Shown: one piece after another, positions 1 to 13,000 of the stretch | Position numbering within the stretch: position 1 is the first letter of the stretch | How the letters are laid out: every line of letters starts with the position of its first letter | From: Hydrolagus colliei | Taxonomy: Eukaryota | Direction of reading: 5' to 3' | Length of the DNA stretch: 64,000 bases | Assembly: GCA_035084275.1 (NCBI GenBank) | Contig: CM068748.1 | Coordinates: 18,972,001 to 19,036,000, forward strand | Notes under the pieces: model-generated | Seen by the model: only the letters and a program-made list of their open reading frames with translations | Database searches by the model: none | What the model was told of the DNA's origin: nothing | Program-made: the position numbers and the translations under genes

Positions 1-149
1 AATGTAAGTTCTCGTTTGTTTGCTTAATTCGATTCGTTTGAGCCTATCCCCCCCACCCCCGTACTCTGTATTCCTCGCATTTCGTCTCAAAGCGCATAGC
101 CTGGATATACACTACCATAACATGTATTGACTGACAATTCGTAGGCCAA

Positions 150-392
150 CGTGAGTGTGTGTGTGAGTGTGTGTAAGAGTGGCGGTGACTATCTGTGTGT
201 CTAACACAGATTGTGTATGCGACGGTGAAACAGAGTGTGTATGAGTGACTGTGTGACTGTATGTGAATGACTAACTGTGTGTGAGTGACTGTGAGTGTGT
301 GTGTGTGAGTGATTGTGTGTGTGTGTGAGTGACTGAGTCACTGTGAGTGTGTGTGACTGAGTGTGTGTGTGTCTGTGTGTGTGTGTGTGTGT
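150..392. repeat. (TG)n/(TGAG)n degenerate microsatellite
   Basis: Visible gtgtgtgagtgact repeats. Confidence 0.9.
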
Positions 393-743
393 ATATGATA
401 CAGCCAATTTGCACACAGCCATGTCCAATTAAACAGCCATGTCATGGGTGGAATGGCCAGCGATCGTGGCAGCAATGGAGATCGTTTGTGACATGAGCTC
501 TCATACTCATGGACACATTGCCCAGGTTATAGTCCTCGTGAAACATCACCTCTTCTCTAAAGAAGGAGATTGACTCGGTGTGCCTGCCAACGTGTCCTCC
601 TCACTCATTGCTGATACCGTATGTTATGTGCGCATAAGTCCATATGTGGCGCGGTGAGGCTCTTGCGAGTTTATATGTTTGTGTGAGATTTGCTGTTGGA
701 CCTACAAGTGGATTCCGTGTGGAATTTCAAGAAGGTCCCTTAC

Positions 744-959
744 CCTGAAGACGTAGGGAGCGCTTCTGCTGTCAGCGGATTTTAAGGCGATAAAAGCTAT
801 TGTGTCGTAAAATGAGTTCTGCAGGACACAGGGACCGAAGGTTGCATTCTCGGGAATCTCACGGGTAGTGTGCACACTGGTTAGTATATCAGTGAAGTGA
901 TGATGCAGAGATTTGTGGTCAACTGCCCATAGTCCCTTAGACAGGTGGGCGAGTTCCAT
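744..959 (-). CDS. ZNF488: First coding exon of a PRDM8-like / ZNF488 PR(SET)-domain zinc-finger gene (gene continues beyond left edge)
   Basis: Encodes MELAHLSKGLWAVDHKSLHHHFTDILTSVHTTREIPENATFGPCVLQNSFYDTIAFIALKSADSRSAPYVFR, which aligns to the PRDM8 N-terminus as recalled (TDIFTSVYTTCDIPENAIFGPCVL...YDSIAFIALKS.D.RT.PYIFR). Phase-0 donor AGG|GTAAGG at 744/743; acceptor CAG|G at 967/966, 7 nt upstream of the ATG. Divergence from canonical PRDM8 favours the ZNF488 paralogue; orthology is inferred. Confidence 0.88.
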
Positions 960-3769
960 AGTTCACCTGCCAGAGAAAACACAGTTTAGTTTTATAACTC
1001 GAAACACCGCAACGGTACACACATATTCGGAAGTCGCCTTTTACGCAAAACCCTTTCCAATGAGACTGAGTTTCCTGGACGTGGTGAAGGGGGGTTGACA
1101 AGCACAACGCGGTGGATACTGGCAGGTTAATCCGGATTGTGCGTGCGTGTACATTTGGTGTCCAAATTTAGCTGTGATTTGGGTTTTCACCGGACTAAGT
1201 GGAAGTGCGGGGAACAAGTAACCTATATTATCGAACCATATTCACTGTCTCAACCTGTCTGTCTGTCATGATCAATTCTTCTACTTGATCACCCCCAGTA
1301 ATTGTCACCTGAGGCTGTTGGACGCAACGTTAATTGTTAGCGCCTCCCAATAAACCAGGATTGACACCATTCGCTTCACGTGTTGTTTTTGTCGAATACA
1401 AATGGGATAGAATATATATTTGGCATTTTAAAAAAAGCCGGCAATTTATCTACGTTATTACGTGTTTGTGAGATACATATGAAATGCCTTTGCACATACA
1501 CGTAACGGATATATCCATTATAATATACGCAATATAAATGTTTAATGTGTATTTCGTGCCAAAATGCATACGCCAAAGGGAATTGTTTTTTAAAAAAGGC
1601 TTCATTTCGGGTCTTAGAAAGACTCTGGTGTGAAAAAACAAGTCCAGAATAAATCTCTTCCCCGGAGCACATTGCTCTGTGCAATATATTTAATCATCTT
1701 AATAAACCAATTGGTTGCATTGAGTGCAGATGCATCACATTTTGTCCCAGAAATGATGAAACCGGGTCTTGTGGTGCTCGTCAATGCATAATCCGCATTT
1801 CTATGCAAAGTGGCACAAGCAAAACTAGAGGCACATAATAAATAGTGCATAATGATCAAACTGTACTAGGAATCCAAACACTGCTATTGTAACGCCCACA
1901 TGATTTCATCTAATGTTGCTTGAAATCAAATTACTGGGTCCAAAAAATCAAGCCATTTTTAGTAATAATTTGCGCCCTCTCCCCCCACCCCCTTCCCCCC
2001 CCAAACCCTTTAATACTCCTGTCTTAAGCTAGATAACGTTAGGATTGTTGCATGACATTGTTTTCGCGAGATACAAGACTAATGTTCTTATGTATCAATA
2101 TTCTCTCTATGTATTATTTAATACATATGACGTACGAATTATAGAGTGAATTATATAGAAAATCATACAAAACATTCCAATAGAATGATATAATATTCTA
2201 TAACTATAGAAGTGTAGAGATGATACACACATTACGTATTATTTTCGGTTGCCTGATAATTCCATTGGTCAGTTTTTGGCAATGTGCCCTCTTATTTATT
2301 CCCTCCCCTTCAATCCCTCACTCTCGTCCTTTAAAACCTGACCGACTGTGCGATTGTCTGATTCTCAAACCCAGCAATGCTAAGCTTATCCGTTCAGAAC
2401 CATTGTGTCCATCTTTGCTCGTAGATTTAGGGCGAAGTAACTTGGAAACGATTTCACCCGGAATCGAATGACAAACAGTTTGGACGCATGGTACCATATT
2501 TACTCTCCAGTCACCCCCCACCCCCCCACCTCTCCCTCCTCCACTCACTTTCTTGTTCTAATCTGGATTTTTTTTCCTCCAGAATCCCAAGTGACACGCG
2601 TGGAAAATCAATTCGACACGAGAAATTCTCAAGCTCGACACAATTATCACTAGTACTGTACATCTCCACTCCAGCCCCATCACATATGTGGCATTGATTG
2701 AATAGCCACTGTGTTTATTACACAGTGTATGTGTGTGTGTGGGGGGGGGGGGGGGGGGGAGAGAGAGAGACAATAGGTTGTGGCCAAACTTACTTCAAAA
2801 CTTGCTGCTCTGTAAAGATTTCTCAGCTAAACCCTGGCCGAAAATTGTACAGATAAATAACCATTATTATTATTATTATTATAATTATTATTCCATTGGC
2901 CGGGTGTCTGACACATGTAGAAGAAACCCATCGATCACCGCGTTTAAGAGAATCCAACACCCAAACGGAGAATCCCGTGCATCCCACCGACACACGGAAA
3001 TCCCAGAGACAGATTGATTGTCCACCGAGTCTCCCAGATCAGGAGTAATCGGCAAATGTAACCCATTGCACTCGGCTCTATTGTGCATTCGAGCAAAGTC
3101 AAGGGATTGTTCATTTGATGTGAACCGACGCACTAAGGCTGATTCCCATTGTCTGTCCATCTGTCCGCCTTGGTGCCGCTGTTCGACCTTCACCGTTCAT
3201 ATTTACGTGAAACATATCCTTTCGCCGGGTTAGAACGAGTGGGCAGCGTTTCCAACCGCCACCGTTTTGTTTCATTAATAAGCACTTTCGCTGGTCTCAA
3301 AAAAAAACATTGCATTTAATAATAGGCTGCGGGCTACTCACACTACGACCGAATGAACAGTCACCACTCAATTAGACCCCGCGGGGCTGCGTGGCGTGGA
3401 AGAATATTGTTTTAACACGTCGATAATTGATTTTCCACGAACATTTGATTGAATTTAAAAAAAACTCGCATGGTCTGGCTGTTGGATGTCCAGAAGCCGT
3501 TACAAACAATCTGGGAGGTGGGGGAATTTGTATTTTATATATATATACACATATATTCATTTAATTTTTTTTATAAAATCGTCGAATTAATTTAGTGCGT
3601 TATCGGATTCCACCTGAATTTGAAAGGTGGGATTGATTGAAGGAACAAACTGAGGTTTTAGTGTGAGAAATGTATGGTCTGCGTACGAGCATATAACACT
3701 GTGTACATAAGGCATCAACATAAAACACACGCACACACAGAAGCGAAGACAAATCCAATTATCACTTAC

Positions 3770-4000
3770 TCGTGTTCACCGATAGCTTCTCGGAATCGAT
3801 TTGGGCGCACACACACACACACAACAGCGATTCCTATCGATCCTGTAAGTGAGAGTGGTGGTCGCTGGCAAGTGTGGCTGGGTGCAAATGGTCGCTTCTC
3901 CTGGCGTAAAAGACACTTTCCTTTTTTTGCGAGATGGTTTGTTCAGTGGGGCGTGAGAAGCAATCCCAGGGCTCTTCCGCTTGCATGCACCCCCCAATTG
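3770..4000 (-). promoter_or_regulatory. Candidate non-coding first exon/promoter of the PRDM8-like gene
   Basis: Consensus minus-strand donor CGA|GTAAGT at 3770/3769, CpG-rich context and CCAATTGG near 3995. The coding exon begins with an acceptor, so an upstream exon is expected. The 5' boundary is unknown. Confidence 0.4.
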
Positions 4001-7000
4001 GCACTTTCATTGGTGGTTTAAGCCGGAGCAGCCGTCCTGATAATGAGGAAGGATGGAGAAAAAAACGCCGAGAGAGAGAGAGAGAGAGAAAAAATGTCAT
4101 TGAAGGGTTTTTAGAACAGCGTTTCGGTTGGTTTCAAACCAAAATAGCTCAAACACACCGACATAATGGAGAGAGTGAGAGAAAGAGAGAGCGGATAGCC
4201 ACCACAACTGTCTGGATGCTGGGGACATCACCAAACGCTAGTGTAACTTTCTTTTTGAACGTCTGCATATATCAGATGGAGGCGAGACGCACACATTCAC
4301 CTGATGCACGATAAATAGCCAAAGTCAAGCACATTTTGCACAAAGTTTAGAGGCGGCATTATTAGCTACACTATTAACGAGGCCGATACCGTGAACTGGC
4401 CCCGTGTGATGTGTGGAGCACGGTTCGCACACAATGAGTTGTACTGAATTTAGCAAAATCCTCTGGACCTGTTTATGGGGGGGGGGGGGGAAAGAACACA
4501 AGGCAAAAGGACTGCTTTAAAATGCAATTGTACATATATATTGTATATGTATATATATACATATACAATATATAAGACACACATATTACCAACCATATCT
4601 TATGTCTATACATTCTGCTCTTTCCATCCCATCTCATTCCAAGTTTGGATAAAAATGAGATTAATTCACCGATGCTACGCATTTCTGTTATAATCTATTT
4701 CCGATTACGATTTATGTTAGTTACCGAAGAAAGGACATACTCATTTAAAAAGCTTCATTTGGGGGGATTTTGTTTTAGATTTCCAGTCAGTATGTTTAAA
4801 AACTGAAAGCCAGAATATTGTACAGTACTGTATATACAAACACACACACACACAAATACCATATTTCGGAGTGAATCGAAACAGTGTCGCTTCAAGTAGT
4901 TACAATCTCAAAAAAAATCAGAGGATCTGTAATCTGATTAGATATTTATGCTTGTAATACCTGTAGCACCCTGTTCGGAAACTTAGCAAATAAAACTACA
5001 CACTCACAACAATTTTAGCGGAGAGGCAGTCACTATTTCTATTAAAAACATCTACAATTTACACTCTCTTGTTTGTTTCGTATAACCGGGAGGCGTTATT
5101 GTCCATTTAAAACGTTTTAAAAATGGTCTCAGGTGAAAACCGTAATAATATAAATAAAATAATAATAATAATCCTTGCATGTAATACAGCACCCGATCAC
5201 GTTGTCGGGACGCCCCACAGCGCTTCACTGGATATATTGTGGATTGACGGTATATTTTTGTGGGCGAAATGTTGCAATATTAATTGAATGTCCATTTGAA
5301 TGAATGCAGAGTCGATCTTCAATGACAAGACAACCACTGCGGGAAGCGGGTTCACATCTATTGTCACTCACACATACTTCACACCCGCGCCAGTGTCATT
5401 TTCGTTTTTAAAATCACCCACAAAACCACTTGTGAAGAAAAGATTTGATTCCAATCGGCGCAATAATTCTACTTAAGTACTCAGCTGGGTTGCTGGCCAC
5501 AAAACAAAATTGGTCATTCAATCAGGACTCTCTGTGGGACTCTGCTGTGTGCAAGTGGCCACAAAATATAGACAGCCAATTTACAGTATATTCGGTGAAG
5601 CGCTTTGTTCAAGAATTATTGGACATAAGAATATCATCATATTATCATATGATGATATGATTAAATGATTGTTACATAAGCTTTCGATTTCCAATTGTGT
5701 GTGTCTCTCTGTGTGTGTCTCTGTGTGTGTGTGCGTGTTTTAGATAGTTCGACGTGAAACGTGAGACTTTACATTAGCGCTTAACGCGAATGGAAATCGG
5801 AAAACTGAAATTAGCGGCCGATTTACAACTAGAACATCGCAAATCCTCGGATCACGAACGGCATTGCGCTGTGAGAACATTCGCGAACAGGAAATGTTTC
5901 CAGAAACTGCCAAAGAAATGCCTGTCGGATTGCATTTGACGAAGCAAGGGTCTCTCTCGTCCCACTTCTGACAATTTTTGGGGGGTAAAATTAGAAAGAA
6001 AAATCATGAATTATTTTCGTGGTCCTTTATATTACTATTTTTAAAAAAAAGCATTGCCCAAGTCCCCCTGAACACAAAGTCAACCCACCTGAAAACGCAA
6101 CTTGAATATTAAGAAGGGTTCGAACTCGAGTCTTCAAGAAGCGATTTTAAGGATTCGTTGAAATTCCCCTTTTAATGTTTCATTCCGAACTTTTTTCTTC
6201 GACCCAGGAGGTGATTTTCTCGGGTGCTCTCGTCTTAAATTACGTGCCTGTTTCCGAGGAAACGACTGTACATTTACTTACAAGCTTAATTAAAAAAATA
6301 ATAAAACACTCAATTTATCCTCGTAAACAGAAAATAACTATCACACCAGGACATCTCAGCGGGTGTCTAATTCGTTTGAACTCCCCCAACCCCCCAAAAA
6401 AACTATTTTGTAAAGAATACTCGTACAATGATCAAATATCTTGTCACAAACCAATAATGCTTAAATTTCAAACAGCAACATTGCCTTTGAAAGATGTCGT
6501 TCCACATAAGGGCGTGTCACAGCCTGACAGAAAATTCCTACGAGCATTTGACATGTGAAATCGCCCAAACCCTTTGATTAATGTCTGTGTGCGCATTTTA
6601 ATGGGGGGCTGTTCGCAATGGGCGAAACGTGAAACTCAAGTCGGACCTCCAGGAAAATGTACTAACATCCGATGCCTCTAAATGACTGTTGCGTTTCCCT
6701 TTTTTGCTCTTTAAACACACGTCGTTTTGCAAGGACAGATACATTAGCCGGAATTCAATATACGGGTTCTGAGGTCGATTTCTAAGTAATTTAAACGTAA
6801 GGGACTGCAATAATAATAAAAATATTAATAATAACACTGATAATAACGGTTATAATGAGGATCACTATCACTACCATAATCTTATTAAAACAGAATATGG
6901 TAACCAAAATCATACTACTCTGGTTATGCAATGTCCTTGAATATCCATAAGGAAAAAATAAACTAAGGTTTTTGCTTACAAAATACACCCATTCGAAACG

Positions 7001-8509
7001 CTGACTTTGCTTTTAACATTCTCCAAAAACATGCTCCCCAAGCGTTAAATGTTACGAATGTGATGACTTAAAACCGCCCACGTTCGCTGTGAAATTACAT
7101 GTCTGCGAGTTTGCCACCGCACTCCATACATTTGAATGAGTTGTAATTGCTTTTGCTGTTTTATTTAAACATTTAGAAATAAAAGCGCGGGACATTGTGT
7201 TTCAAAGGCCTCAAAATATCTCTGATACTCGCAGCTGAATATTTTGTAATATAGTGTTTGTTTCATTTTTGGAACACAGCGCTTAAAACATCAGATAGGT
7301 CTGTCTGTGTGTGTGTGTGTGTGTGCGTGTTTACGAGTTAGGTGAGGAGAGGCGCCAGTTTCATAGATTGGTAGAATTACATTTGTCACCAACCAGTTTG
7401 AACTAAAAGGGGGAGGATACAGCACAAACAGACACGCACGTACGAGCGCCTTTCATCGTTTCGCAGTGAGCAAAAAACAATAACATTGTTTTGTCATTCG
7501 CTGTTACTTGCCACGCAGAAACAATTCCAAATTACGATGGTTTTTACTGTGGCGTTGTGCTACAGTTCCCATACAACGTTTTACACAGCTAACTTGCTCA
7601 CATGTGTACACAACCGACAAAATGCATTCAACAAACCCGTTGGTCACGCAGAAAAAAGGGATTGATAGTCAAATATACTATTGATTCACATATTAGTATA
7701 TTCCGTGAAGCGCCTTGAGGCGTCTCAACGGTGTGATAAGACGCCATATGTGTGTGCGGGTGGGGGGGGGGGGGGGGGGGGGGTAGTGAAGGCAGACCAG
7801 ATCGTATTATTTTCCAAAGTTCATGCCCACAGTCCCACAAATTGTCATTTCCTTCATGACTCTTATTTTCGGTGAATGTAAAAGCCGCGATAGCACTTGA
7901 TCTAATTCCGTTTAAAGGGGCCATCTTGAGACGCCTTGGGAAGCGATTGGTCTTGTGTTATCAGGATCCAGAAAGTCGGATCCACTCAACACTCGAGGTC
8001 AAAAAGTGAACGAAAAACGGTGCCTGGTCAATGTTATTCACAGGCAGGAGAATGTATCATCTTGCATCTGAATACCTCTAAACCGTGTCTAGATTGCCCA
8101 GAACGACGGCACAGAGGGCACTTGTTTTTTTTGAGGGCAGGTGGGGAGGGAATTAAACGAGCAGAATAATCCTGCTCCATGATACATATATAGATATATT
8201 TTTTAATAAAAATCTGTGCAGTTCACAATTCATCTCTCGCAGCGCCCTCTCACTTGTCAAAAAGGTACTGCAACGCGTCTTGGAACCGTCCCATCTGTTT
8301 GGGATCCGAGCGATGCTCTCACCAACTAAAGCTGAGACGCTGAACTCATGCGTCGCAGTTCTCAAGCACTTGTCTCTGTGTGGGAGGGGAGCCGTGTGGG
8401 GTCCAACTAACACACACATTGCACATTCTTATCTTCACTGCCCGTCACCTTTCGGTGAAGTTCCCACTCGCCACACATCCTCAGGAATTGACATTGTTTT
8501 GCAATGGAT

Positions 8510-8925
8510 AACCGACCGACTGACTGACCTACCTAACCCCACACACCTACTACCCATCTATCTACCCACCGACTTACCTACCTACTCACATGCCTACTTA
8601 TTTACCTACCTACCAATCTAACACCCCCCACCCCCCCACACACACACACACCTACCTACCTACCTACCTACCGACTCACATACCTACTTATTTACCTACG
8701 TACCTACAAGTCTACCTCCCTACCTACCTAGCCCCACCACCTAACTATCTACCTACCTACCTACCTACCTACCTAAGCCCACATACCTATCTACCTACCT
8801 ACCTACCTATCTACCTAACCCCACTCACCTACCTACCTACCTACCTAAGCCCACCCACCTATCTACCTGCTACCCACTTACCTACTCACACACTTACCTA
8901 TCTACCTACCCACCTACCTTCCTGA
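8510..8925. repeat. (CCTA)n degenerate simple repeat
   Basis: acct/ccta units; explains the YLPT-repeat ORFs. Confidence 0.92.
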
Positions 8926-9439
8926 TCTGACTCATGTATACGCTTATTCACCTAAGTTTTAGAAAGGGTGAGAGGGGAGGGAGGGGGGGGGAGGGAGGGC
9001 TGTGGAAGGGAAGTAGGAGAAGCTAAAAGTAGTGACTGATTTGCTCATTGATTTTTATTATTATTATTCCACACACTTAATTCAATGGTTTTCAGAAGCT
9101 ATTTAAATCTGACGGGAGATCAAAGGAGTTATTCAAAGCGAAGTGTGAGTGCACAGCCATTGCATATAAAGATATATACATACCATAAATGTAAATAATA
9201 TATGGAGTGACATTTTTCGCAGATATATAGACATATTTCCAATTTATATTGAACTTACATCCGATAAGTTAAATCCGTCAAATTAATAAATTAAAAATAC
9301 GCATAAATTCTGGATTATTAATTTGTTATTATCATTATTGGTATGATTATTTGAGTACGACTTGGCAATATCCCATTGCTCGCCGTTTGCTTGGCTTGCC
9401 TTGTGTTGTGGGAAGTGGTTGCGAGATGAAATTAAAGGC

Positions 9440-9867
9440 TGACAAACTCAGCAGCTCCAGCCCCTCACTGAGTGAATGCGTGTCTGGGAGGAGGAGATGG
9501 GTGGGTTGGAGGGCTGGGAGAGGAGGGGGAGGGGGGGGGGGGGGGGGGGGCAGAGGAGGAGGAGGATAGAAAGCGACTCTGTGTGTGTGTGTGTGTGTTT
9601 AGCGCAAGAAAGGATACGCTGACGTGCTGTCTCAAGCAACGCTGTGTGTGTGTGTGTGTGTGTAGGGGAGGGGGGAGTAATCTATAGGGTCTGGTGGAAA
9701 TCAAGGTGGTGGAGTGGGGGGGGGGGGGGGGAGTGTGAAAAAAAATCTCCACTTCTCTCCTCCCTCCCGCCTCCCGCCCTCCCTCCCCACCCACCCACTC
9801 CCCTCCTCTTTTCACGAGCTCCAGCCAGGGTAATTCCCGAAGATCGGATGACTTTCCTGCCTGGAAA
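9440..9867 (+). promoter_or_regulatory. Proximal promoter/5' UTR of the ANTXR1-like gene, G-rich
   Basis: Long G runs (about 9525-9550 and 9715-9731), (TG)n tracts and CCCGCC GC-box-like motifs immediately upstream of the ATG. Confidence 0.55.
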
Positions 9868-10046
9868 ATGGCGAGCTTTGAGAGAGGCTTCGGTGGAGCG
9901 GCGCTGAGCGCTCTCTTACTGTCCGCCGCCTTCAGCGCCCTGAGTTTGGCCGAAGTGGCCGAAACGGAAGGAGAAGAACCGGGGAGAGAAGACAAGGACA
10001 AGACCTCCTGTCATGGAGCTTTCGATTTGTACTTTATTCTGGATAA
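9868..10046 (+). CDS. ANTXR1: ANTXR1-like exon 1 (signal peptide, start of vWA)
   Basis: Strong Kozak AAAATGG; [28 protein letters not shown]...[14 protein letters not shown]; donor AA|GTAAGT. Confidence 0.95.
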
Positions 10047-13000
10047 GTAAGTGCAAAGCCGCTGTGTGATTTGGGACCATTTTATTTCCCCTTCACTGAG
10101 TCTATCCTTCTGCTTTCTCCCTCCTTCCTTCCCTCCCTCCTTCCCTTCTCTCTCTCTCTCTCCCTTTGAGTTGGAAGTTGTGGAGTGCACCAGTATCTGT
10201 GTATCATATATTCAACTCTCTCCTTCTCTCTCTCTCTCTATATATATATAAATATATTTCTCCTACAAATATACAGTCAATTCACTTTATAGTATATTCT
10301 GTGAAGCGCTTTGAGACGTCTAGAAGACGTGAAAAGCGCTACATCAAATGCAAGTATTATTGTATGTGTATATACCTGGTATATGTATGTGTGTGTGTGT
10401 GTTATATACCGCTCTCTTTTAGTTGGAAGTTGTGGAGTGGACCGGTATCTGTGTATGATATATTTAACTCTCTTCCTCTCTCTCTCTATATATATATATA
10501 TGTGTGTGTGTGTGCCTCTCTCTCTCACCCTTTGAGTTGGAAGTTTTGACGTGGACCAGTAACTATATATTGTTTTTAACTATATATATATACATATATA
10601 TCGATATATATACAGACACACATACATTGTAGATGCAATAAAGGAATGGAACGGGTTCTACTTTGCAATCGTGTGCAAACGATTCTTCTGGACAATATCA
10701 AACTGGGAGAGAGAAATGTGTGTGAGTTACTCTGTCTCTGTAGTGTAATGGACAGGCAGGCAGCCAGGGTCTGACCAGCGCACAGCTCTGTGGTGGCTTC
10801 TCTCTGCTTTCCCGAGGGAACCAGCTGCTCTGCTTCTGCCATCCCTTTTGTTCACTCGCTCTCACCCACACCCACTCACTCACTCACTCACTCACTCTAA
10901 CTCGCTCTCACCCTCACTCGCCCCCTCACTCAGTAAACTCGCTCTCACCCCCACTCAGTCGCTCACTCACTCGCTCGCTCTCACTCACCCACTCACTTGT
11001 TCCCACTCACTCTCTCACTTACTCCCTCCCTCACTCACTGGCAATCACACATTCACTCTCTCACTCGCTCTCACCCTCATTCACTCGTTTTCACTCACTC
11101 ACTCACTGACTCATTAGCTCTCACCCTCACTCACTAACTCACTTGCTCCCGCACTCAGTCTCACTCACTAGCTCTAGCCCCCACTCACTTGCTCTCACCC
11201 TCACTCACTGGCCCCCACCCTCAATCAATCATTCACTCAGTCACTTAGTGTATCTCACTCACTCACTCATTCGCTGTCACTCAATCACTCACTCAACTCA
11301 CAATCACCTTTGGCTTTTGGCTGGAACACTTTTTATTCAATACTTTTGAAATTGTTGACTGGACTTGACATTCAGTAAAACCAAAAAGCATTCAGATTTA
11401 ATAGATTGCACTTTGGAAATTAATATTACTTAGCGTAGAACGGACTTACTGCATTGCTTACAACGAGTACCTCCGCCCAGATGCTATCCTTCAGAATATA
11501 AATCCACTTTGCTGTTGTCCTAAAAAAAAATTGGTCACTCAATCCAAGACTGTTTGTGGGACACTGCTGTGCCCAATTGGCTGCCACGTTTCACCCACAA
11601 AATACCCATCACTCCACTTGACAATATAGTTTGTGAAGCTCTTTGAGATGTCTCAATGACATAATATGATGATATATCAAATGCAAGGAATATGATTATT
11701 ATTAATAATTTATATTCACTGTTTTCCATAGTTTCATTACTAACAAACAATTTCAGTCTGTATTCTAATAAAATGACATTCCTCAACCAGTTATTAATAG
11801 AATGAGGAAGATATAAATATAGAAAATAACACTGTGGGTAGATAGTCAGCAATAATTGCAAAGCAGTGATTCAAATGACTTACATAGTGCAACAAGCTAC
11901 AAAAATGCTAGCTCGTTAACGATAAGGATAATAACGGACTTTAACTGTGTGCCTTGTACCAGTTTTGGTCAAACAACAGTTTTTTATTCTTTTTGGTCTG
12001 TCCGCTTACTGCACTGGCAGGTGTAACATTCGCACCAAAGAACTGGATCATATTCGAGTACAGTCGTCTTTTTTTCATCCGCCAGGTGTCTGACATATGT
12101 TGAAACACATCACTCTAAAGGTGAGAGTTCTATACATCCCACGATAATTCCCATGTTTGCAATGGGATATGAACTTTCTCCCTGGAGGGTCATATCAGGC
12201 ACAGATTGGAGAGAACCTAGACTTGGGGACCCCAGTGTGTGCGTTGGGGTACTGCTGGAGTCTAAGCGACTAAAACCACATAGCTTGTCATTGAAATTAT
12301 TGTGTGGCAAGCTTCCTGCTGCTTATCCAATTAGGACCATCCTACCTTGGCGTTGTATTATTATTACTATTATATTAGGTTTTTGCCATGAATGATTAAC
12401 AGAAGCTGAGTGGGAAAAAACTATGTAAAACCCATGACGAGCCTCCCCACCACCACCCCAAAATACACCCTATTGCCATTAAAATGATGTGTTTGTACAC
12501 AAATGCAAGGAACACAATTGGATTCAAACCACACAGCATGGCTATTTTTCACAGTGTATGCAGTTGGGTATCTCGGGGGAAGGGTGATTTTATTCCATTC
12601 AATCTTTGGCAAGATTGCCTTTGCTGACAGCTAGTGTCAGTAACAGAACACTGGACCCTGCAACTGAACCATTTCATTTGAACTGAAGTGATTTTGTGCG
12701 ATATGATTTGAACCAAAGTGATGCTGGATTTTATTTTACAGCAAGGTGTAGGGGGGAACAAGGCATCCTTTGTATCACTCTGTATGTTTTACAGTATTAA
12801 ACTTTAGAATGCTACACATTGTAACTGAATTAATCATGGAGTGTACAAATACACAAATTCATGTCTTCTTGTTTGTTTGCAGTCTACTTGCAAAGATTAG
12901 ACATTTCTGGACAATAGCGATTCCCTCACACTCTATCCTATAACAAAAGAGTCAATGTATATTAAAACTTGCATTAACATACAGAAATATTAAGGTGGAA

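Noticed and set aside
702-743. C-terminal extension VRDLLEIPHGIHL of the 85-aa ORF
   Set aside because: Intron read-through after the GTAAGG donor; PRDM8 similarity stops there.
8280-11349. ORFs with YLPT, THSL and poly-G/P repeats
   Set aside because: Translations of simple repeats and G runs; no coding signal.
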